DNA of 64,000 nucleotides from Lineus longissimus (Eukaryota): NCBI RefSeq assembly GCF_910592395.1, contig NC_088309.1, positions 22,769,923 to 22,833,922 of the forward strand, read 5' to 3'. Shown piece by piece: positions 58,521 to 64,000 of this stretch (position 1 is its first letter; each line of letters starts with the position of its first letter). The notes under the pieces were generated by a model. It saw only the letters and a program-made list of their open reading frames with translations, ran no database searches and was not told where the DNA came from. The position numbers and the translations under genes were made by a program.

Positions 58521-58875
58521 GTAGAATAGTTAAAAACCTTTTTTTTTCTTGCAAGCATGAGTAGCACTGAAAATGGAACTTTATCCAGGTCAAGAAGTGG
58601 AACTTACGAGCCATTAATTATTGGTGCCAACTCACTGTAGCAGTCTGCACTAGGATTGCGAGTAATCAGAAGTTATTTGTAGACCTATCTTTATCTTGAT
58701 TATGATGAGTTCCTATTTGTGATTTTGCCAGAATACAAGCAAAGGACTGTGTCTCTTTATGTCTTCACATATACCTCTTGATCACATGTAATTTAATTGC
58801 TGTATTTGAAAGACTTTGAATCTATATGGAATTCAAGTTCATGTCTCATCTTATTGTATGTCTCATATTCCGCAG

Positions 58876-58990
58876 AACGGTTGGATATCCTTATCCAGAT
58901 GATCAGTATGTGGCCACTTGCTTTCGAACATTCCTGCATTTTCTTCAATCGCCAAAGAGGGAGGGCTTAGATGATGTTAGTTACTGCCGG
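58876..58990 (+). CDS. HEATR6: HEATR6-like exon 5 (R-TVGYPYPDDQYVATCFRTFLHFLQSPKREGLDDVSYCR).
   Basis: Acceptor ttccgcag and donor gtaagcat. Anchored to the plus ORF 58826-59098. Confidence 0.6.
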
Positions 58991-59277
58991 GTAAGCATTG
59001 TTCCGAGTATTTACTTCATTAGTTCAATACCCAATAAGTTAGTTCCTGTTGTCAAATTTATTGTCCTTCAATTCAACCTAGCAAGCTTTAAACTTTAAGC
59101 TGTATCTCGGTATTGATATGCCACCCATTTTTGTTCACCAGGAAAATGTACGGGGCACACTTGCACCTTGACTGTCTTATGTCCAACATTTGGCTTCAAA
59201 CAAGATGACAGGACCAAATCTGACCTCAAAACTGCCTTTTTAGATATAATTAAACAGAAGGTTGCCTCTTATTTCAG

Positions 59278-59601
59278 CTACTTGTCTCATCTCTAAAAGG
59301 CCTCAACAACATCCTAACTTACAGTCCATTAATTGACCCAGACCAGCTCGGTGTTGTCTTAGCTGCTCTGAAGGTCTTCATGCTCCTTGGCTTGCCAGGA
59401 TCCCCAGCTGCTACACAGCTGACTACCTTACATCCTACACCAGTAAGCCAGTATGACCCTAACCCTGCTCCATCCCCGAAGAGCCAGGAAGCAAGAGGTA
59501 GGGAAGAGGAGGAGGGTGGAAAGGGACAGAAGAAGAAGATGAGGAAGAGAAAGGGAGCGAGGAAAGGCAAGGAGGATGGGGAGCAGGAGGATATGGACCA
59601 G
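59278..59601 (+). CDS. HEATR6: HEATR6-like exon 6 (LLVSSLKGLNNILTYSPLIDPDQLGVVLAALKVFMLLGLPGSPAATQ...PSPKSQEARGREEEEGGKGQKKKMRKRKGARKGKEDGEQEDMDQ). It contains a low-complexity charged insert, and the 3' boundary is uncertain.
   Basis: Acceptor ttatttcag. Only the donor gtagggtg at 59602 keeps the frame into exon 7. The alternative donor gtaagcc at 59444 would give a stop. Confidence 0.45.
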
Positions 59602-59781
59602 GTAGGGTGTTTTTTAATGAACAGAAATATATTGTGTCTGTAACATGGCAAAACTTCTACTGGTCCCAGCTGTTTTGGTTGGCTTGTACTTCACATTTTG
59701 TCCCTCTGGGCTTCAAGGTGGTAGGGTGTGTATATGGCAGAGAGATTTTTGTCTAATTTGCATTTTTCTTTGTGACTTTAG

Positions 59782-59982
59782 GTAGAAAGCCAAGTGTCAT
59801 CCCTCAAACTCTTGGATAACTCAATGGGCCAGACAGACAATTTCCCACTCCAGCCTGCATGGAGGGTCAGCAGCTCGGATAGTGAATACTCTGACACTGA
59901 AGGTGGCCAGGCTTCAAAACTCAGATCATATCAGTCAAAGGTCAGACAGCTTGCATTAGGATGCCTGTTATCTATTGTGAAG
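59782..59982 (+). CDS. HEATR6: HEATR6-like exon 7 ([67 protein letters not shown]).
   Basis: Acceptor ctttag and donor gtaggttg. The 201 nt equal 67 codons. Confidence 0.55.
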
Positions 59983-60194
59983 GTAGGTTGTAATTTGATT
60001 CAAGGTGTACATGTGGGTGCTATATCCTACATGTAAGCTGAAAGCTTTAACTTCTCACGTTAGTGGCATTATGTATCTTCACTACTCTTCCATTTTGTAG
60101 TACATACATGTACGCCTAAACATGTATATGCATGTGCTTTTCGTAAAAGAAATGAGAGTAAGAATATGCCCTATTTATGTTCATTGCCTTGCAG

Positions 60195-60317
60195 AAAGTG
60201 GAAAGAAGGCGGATGTTTGGCTATTGGTCTCACTTCATTCCAGACATCCCTACCTCGCGAGGTAGTCCACCTCAACCCACTCTATTTACACCAATTCTAA
60301 GGGATCCAAGTTTTAAG
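60195..60317 (+). CDS. HEATR6: HEATR6-like exon 8 (KVERRRMFGYWSHFIPDIPTSRGSPPQPTLFTPILRDPSFK).
   Basis: Acceptor ccttgcag and donor gtagggg. Confidence 0.55.
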
Positions 60318-60590
60318 GTAGGGGCTGTTTGACTTCTTCTTCATTTTGGGTTAGGACTTCGTATGTAGATAATAAGGCAAACACTAAAACAAAGCAAACA
60401 CTGAATTTGGAGGCCTTCCTCCCTCTTGTCTGCTTTAAAAGTGTTTATTAAGACAGGATTATTTACCTATCTGACGGAGGTACAACCATCTCTCTCTGGG
60501 GCATTTGGCATAAAGTTGTCCTTTGGTGCATGCGGAATGATGAACAGACTCTTAACTGTGTTTGTAAGAAGTTCCTTGTACCACTTTCAG

Positions 60591-60667
60591 GTCCGGACCG
60601 GTGCCTTATTAGTTTTGACTGCCTTATTAGATGGATCAAAACAGTACCTGGCTGTGGCTGATGATAG
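60591..60667 (+). CDS. HEATR6: HEATR6-like exon 9 (VRTGALLVLTALLDGSKQYLAVADD + AG).
   Basis: Acceptor ctttcag and donor gtatgtat. Anchored to the plus ORF 60426-60857. Confidence 0.6.
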
Positions 60668-61114
60668 GTATGTATCGAGAATTTTGAACTCCATTTCTCG
60701 AAAGTCCAATCCATTATCAATGCATACATATGCATACGAAGTTGTAGTGAGGTGTCAGTTAAACAATGTACCCAATAGTGGTCTTGTGCCAGAGTTCTTA
60801 TGCAAGGCCAGAGCATCAGGTATTGGCACAACCTGGACATTGACTAGTGGACCTTGAGCAAGTCACTTTATTTCGATTGTCATGTCCTTTGAATGAGATG
60901 TAAAACTGAGATTCCTTCTTTCTGGTTACTATGCCAGTTAGGGCTTGCAAAATATTCCATCCAAGTGAGGAACATGTGTAACTTGTGAAGAATTCCTCCT
61001 CCTGGGTGAAGTCACTTGGCCAATTTCCCAATGAGGAAGGGGAATTTTGATTAATCCCTGTAGATGGCTCTGTGAGTCAAGTACCCAGAACTAAATATTA
61101 TTATTTTCTTTCAG

Positions 61115-61244
61115 TGACCAACACAAGACTGCTTTCACACCATTTTCTGTGACCCTTGGCTTCATGATCAAAGAGATTCATCGTTGTCTGCTGCTGGCTT
61201 TATCTGCTGAGAATGCCTCTCTCACTCTAACTCAGCTCATCAAG
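61115..61244 (+). CDS. HEATR6: HEATR6-like exon 10 ([44 protein letters not shown]).
   Basis: Acceptor tctttcag and donor gtaaaact. Confidence 0.6.
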
Positions 61245-61563
61245 GTAAAACTTGTGAAACAAATACACTTTATAATTAGCCAGTGGTGCTAGAGGGATTC
61301 ATGTATCTTGTCTAAATCAGGGCAGGCTGCAAGTGATGCATGACAAAATCATGTGGCAAATATCGAGATGAGATAGTAGTACCAATATATCAGAAAGCCA
61401 AGATGACTTAATGAGAGTATGGTAATCGGAATTGTCAGATGAGTCTACAATACATACATACTTTTAAGTGCTTAATTAACCAGCCTTGAGTGCAGGCAGT
61501 TACCTGATGTTTGTTTACATTTATCAAAATTCAATCTGTAAATGATGGTATGTTTCTTTTCAG

Positions 61564-61663
61564 TGTCTTGGCACGTTAGTTGTAAATGTTCCCTACGGCA
61601 AGCTCAGGCCAGGTCTACTTGGTAGGATCGTGCGTCAAATAAAAGGATATCTAAATCATAGAG
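61564..61663 (+). CDS. HEATR6: HEATR6-like exon 11 (CLGTLVVNVPYGKLRPGLLGRIVRQIKGYLNHR + G).
   Basis: Acceptor ttcttttcag and donor gtaagaac. Confidence 0.6.
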
Positions 61664-61933
61664 GTAAGAACACACATACAGGCAATGCACTTGTGGGCAA
61701 AAAGGAAGATGATGTTTTTTTTCTCTAACTAGCTAGATTTCATTTTAAACAGAAGCAGCGTACAATCTATGATTTTCATTTATTTTAAGTCAGACCAAGC
61801 CTAGCTGGATTTTGAGCATATGAGTACATTTACTACATGTAGCATAGGAAAGGCTTAATATTTGTGAGGCGACAGCCATGAAGACTGTTATGGGTTCTTA
61901 AGCTATATAACTTACTCAACACTCCTCTTTCAG

Positions 61934-62408
61934 ATCCTAATGTACGAGTTGCCTGTCTGACGTGCCTTGGGTCTGTGTGCAGTGTCCAGGCACCCTTGCT
62001 GGAAGTTACACACATTCTCCAAGCTCAGCACCCATCTAATCAAGCAGTGGAGCCAAATCATATGAACAGCCCCAGAAAAGACAATGGTAGACTGAGGACT
62101 GAATCGCAAGGTGCTGAGTGCGCTCCTCCATCTCCTGGCCATCGGACACCGACAGATTCTGGCATAACGACGCCATCTTCTTCTTCCGGGTCGATGACAC
62201 CGAGACTGGCAGACGTCAGGGGTGTGATGGAAGCTTCGTGGGTGACCAAGTATTGTATCATGAATGTGACACCGCAAGTCCTTAATAATGACCTGAGTGC
62301 ATCTGGACGGTTATTGGCGTCCCAGGGTGCTGTGGAGCCACTGCCTGTGCGACTGGAATCTCTTCAAGTGTTGAATAAGCTTGTTAAACACTATTTTCCT
62401 TCTGTTAG
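61934..62408 (+). CDS. HEATR6: HEATR6-like exon 12 (DPNVRVACLTCLGSVCSVQAPLLEVTHILQAQ...SLQVLNKLVKHYFPSV + AG). It includes a Ser/Thr/Pro-rich linker.
   Basis: Acceptor tctttcag and donor gtaggtttg. Anchored to the plus ORF 61975-62412. Confidence 0.6.
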
Positions 62409-62710
62409 GTAGGTTTGAGCAAAGTTTATGCCAAAATATTCCGAGGGTTTATCCAGTTGCTCTGGGTTAAAAAGTAACAAGGACTTAAATGTTAATATCA
62501 ATTTCACTGTTGTAAGAACTGAATGGAAGAACAAAACCTACGGGTATTAGTGATCATGTACAGATGTGAATTTTTGTGCTGATAAATGTCGATGACTTCT
62601 CGTATCAAACGAATTGCTCTCAGGAAGTCAAACACTGTACGTAGACCTAGACATACTGTCCTTGAAGAGTGTATTCTTGTGTCAAAGGACTTATTTGTTT
62701 CTACATGTAG

Positions 62711-63014
62711 GTCCAATTTCCTCCTGCTGAAGCGTGTGGTGCAGTGCTGCCTAGAAGACCAGGAACACCCTGTCCAACTCCATGGTGCTAAACTTCTTGA
62801 AGAGTTGGGACAGACCTTGTTACCACCCCAGCACACAGACCTACCACTTCAAGCCCCACCCCACATGGATACTGAGCAATCGTTTGAATTCTGGATCGAA
62901 ATATTGAACAGACCGCTCCTTGGAGCACTACAGAACCAGGAGAACAGTGCCCTCAGGGCCACTGGCTGTGATTGTCTCTCTACCATTGGTTCAGACGTGT
63001 TTGAAAAGTTACCA
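62711..63014 (+). CDS. HEATR6: HEATR6-like exon 13 (R-SNFLLLKRVVQCCLEDQEHPVQLHGAKLLEELGQTLLPPQHTDLPLQAPPHMDTEQSFEFWIEILNRPLLGALQNQENSALRATGCDCLSTIGSDVFEKLP).
   Basis: Acceptor ctacatgtag and donor gtaagtt. Anchored to the plus ORF 62586-63167. Confidence 0.6.
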
Positions 63015-63151
63015 GTAAGTTATTACCCCTGTAATCTCTTGCTCAAATTTCTGATTTTTAGTTTGGCCGATTACAAGATATCTTTCAATTTTTCCAAACA
63101 GAATAATAGTTTTATTAACTCTTCTAACATTAAGATTCTTTTCAATCTCAG

Positions 63152-63399
63152 CTGGATAAGAGGATAATGTGTATCACCTTACTGCTTGGCCACACCAATG
63201 ACGAAGATAAGAACGTCAAAGCGGCTGCGATTAGAGCTCTGGGGGTCTACGTGCACTATCAGTGTCTGAGGGAGGACGTGTCATTCATGGCAGACGTTGC
63301 TAATGCTATACTGGTTGCCATGGCAGATGCAAACATTGCTGTGAGAATGAAAGCGGCGTGGTCAATGGGGAACATCAGTGATGCTATTTGTTTGAACAA
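63152..63399 (+). CDS. HEATR6: HEATR6-like exon 14, with HEAT repeats (NVKAAAIRALGVYVHY...AVRMKAAWSMGNISDAICLN + AA).
   Basis: Acceptor caatctcag and donor gtaagtt. Anchored to the plus ORF 63167-63403. The motif V+xxAxxALGN recurs as in HEATR6. Confidence 0.6.
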
Positions 63400-63623
63400 G
63401 TAAGTTACTTGGCCTAGTGATCCTTTTAGGGAAAAAGATTTCAGCAGTTTGATGACCACCACATGGATGTACCGGTAATACTGTCAAGTTCATGGTTCAT
63501 ACTGTGAGCATGTGAGAGGTACTGTACTTGTATTGGAAAACCTGTTCTTGGTCAAAAGGTCAATGTTAAGGGATACCTTTTTCTGACAAGAGGCTACCAT
63601 TTTCCACTGGTCTGAATTTGCAG

Positions 63624-63861
63624 GGACCAAAATGATGCTGACTTCATTCTGGATTTTTCGGACATGTTACTCCAGAAGATGCTGACAGTTGCCGCCAAGG
63701 GTAGCCAAGATAATGATAAAGTCAAGTCGAATTCCGTCCGAGCGCTGGGGAATCTCCTACGCTATATGCCGGAACGCAGTCTGGAGAAGAGTAGTATGAT
63801 GGCCACTATGGAACAGAGTGTACTTGCACTCATAAAGAATGTTGGAACTGGCACTATGAAA
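63624..63861 (+). CDS. HEATR6: HEATR6-like exon 15 (K-DQNDADFILDFSDMLLQKMLTVAAKGSQDNDKVKSNSVRALGNLLRYMPERSLEKSSMMATMEQSVLALIKNVGTGTMK). The gene continues beyond the window.
   Basis: Acceptor atttgcag and donor gtgagtga. Anchored to the plus ORF 63664-63882. Confidence 0.6.
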
Positions 63862-64000
63862 GTGAGTGATAATCTTGAATAAAACAAAACATAATCACTT
63901 GTGTAGTTCTTGTGCTGACATAAGTAAGTAACATGCAATAGCAGGTACACTTCAAGGATGTATCGTAAACTGTTGTTTGATACCAAAAATCATATCTATT

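Noticed and set aside
59380-59643. A possible separate small gene encoding a KR/E-rich peptide (MLLGLPGSPAATQ...GKGQKKKMRKRKGARKGKEDGEQEDMDQ).
   Set aside because: It is contiguous and in frame with the upstream part of HEATR6-like exon 6, starting at the acceptor at 59277. It is therefore interpreted as an internal low-complexity segment of that exon rather than an independent gene.

Overview
The window looks like a gene-dense stretch of an invertebrate metazoan nuclear genome, possibly a deuterostome or marine invertebrate. The evidence is GT-AG introns of 0.2-1 kb, about 40% GC, homopolymer and microsatellite tracts, MITEs and an intact LINE. No prokaryotic features such as operons or CRISPR arrays are present.

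Genes recognised from the translated exons, in order:
- 699-1103 (+): an unassigned tail-anchored ORF that may be a terminal exon.
- about 4.9-18.8 kb (-): CLUH, the clustered-mitochondria protein, with more than 20 exons. Its introns carry a family of box C/D snoRNA-like elements, two arrays of a 190-bp satellite and a TTAA-flanked foldback MITE.
- 21.6-23.3 kb (+): a TNFAIP8/TIPE-family gene.
- 28.4-35.1 kb (-): major vault protein (MVP), about 13 exons, including a tandemly duplicated 145-nt exon pair that is probably mutually exclusive.
- 38.1-39.9 kb (+): XBP1, comprising:
  - a promoter with an ERSE (CCAAT-N9-CCACG) and a CRE;
  - a bZIP exon;
  - a predicted 20-nt IRE1-type unconventional intron flanked by two 7-nt-loop hairpins, which shifts the frame into the conserved XBP1s activation domain;
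  - a conserved XBP1u C-terminal arrest motif.
- 43.8-48.95 kb (-): a cluster of group III (bee-venom-type) secreted PLA2 genes. It contains 2 signal-peptide exons, 3 catalytic exons, and 3 C-terminal exons plus one degenerate copy.
- about 51.5-55.4 kb (-): an intact non-LTR retrotransposon (LINE) with a single 1138-aa ORF encoding APE endonuclease and reverse transcriptase.
- from 56,280 (+), continuing past the window end: a HEATR6-like HEAT-repeat gene with at least 15 exons. A MITE-like inverted repeat lies directly upstream of its start codon.

Coordinates were set by hand against the supplied ORF track and checked by counting codons; treat them as accurate to about +/-3 bp.
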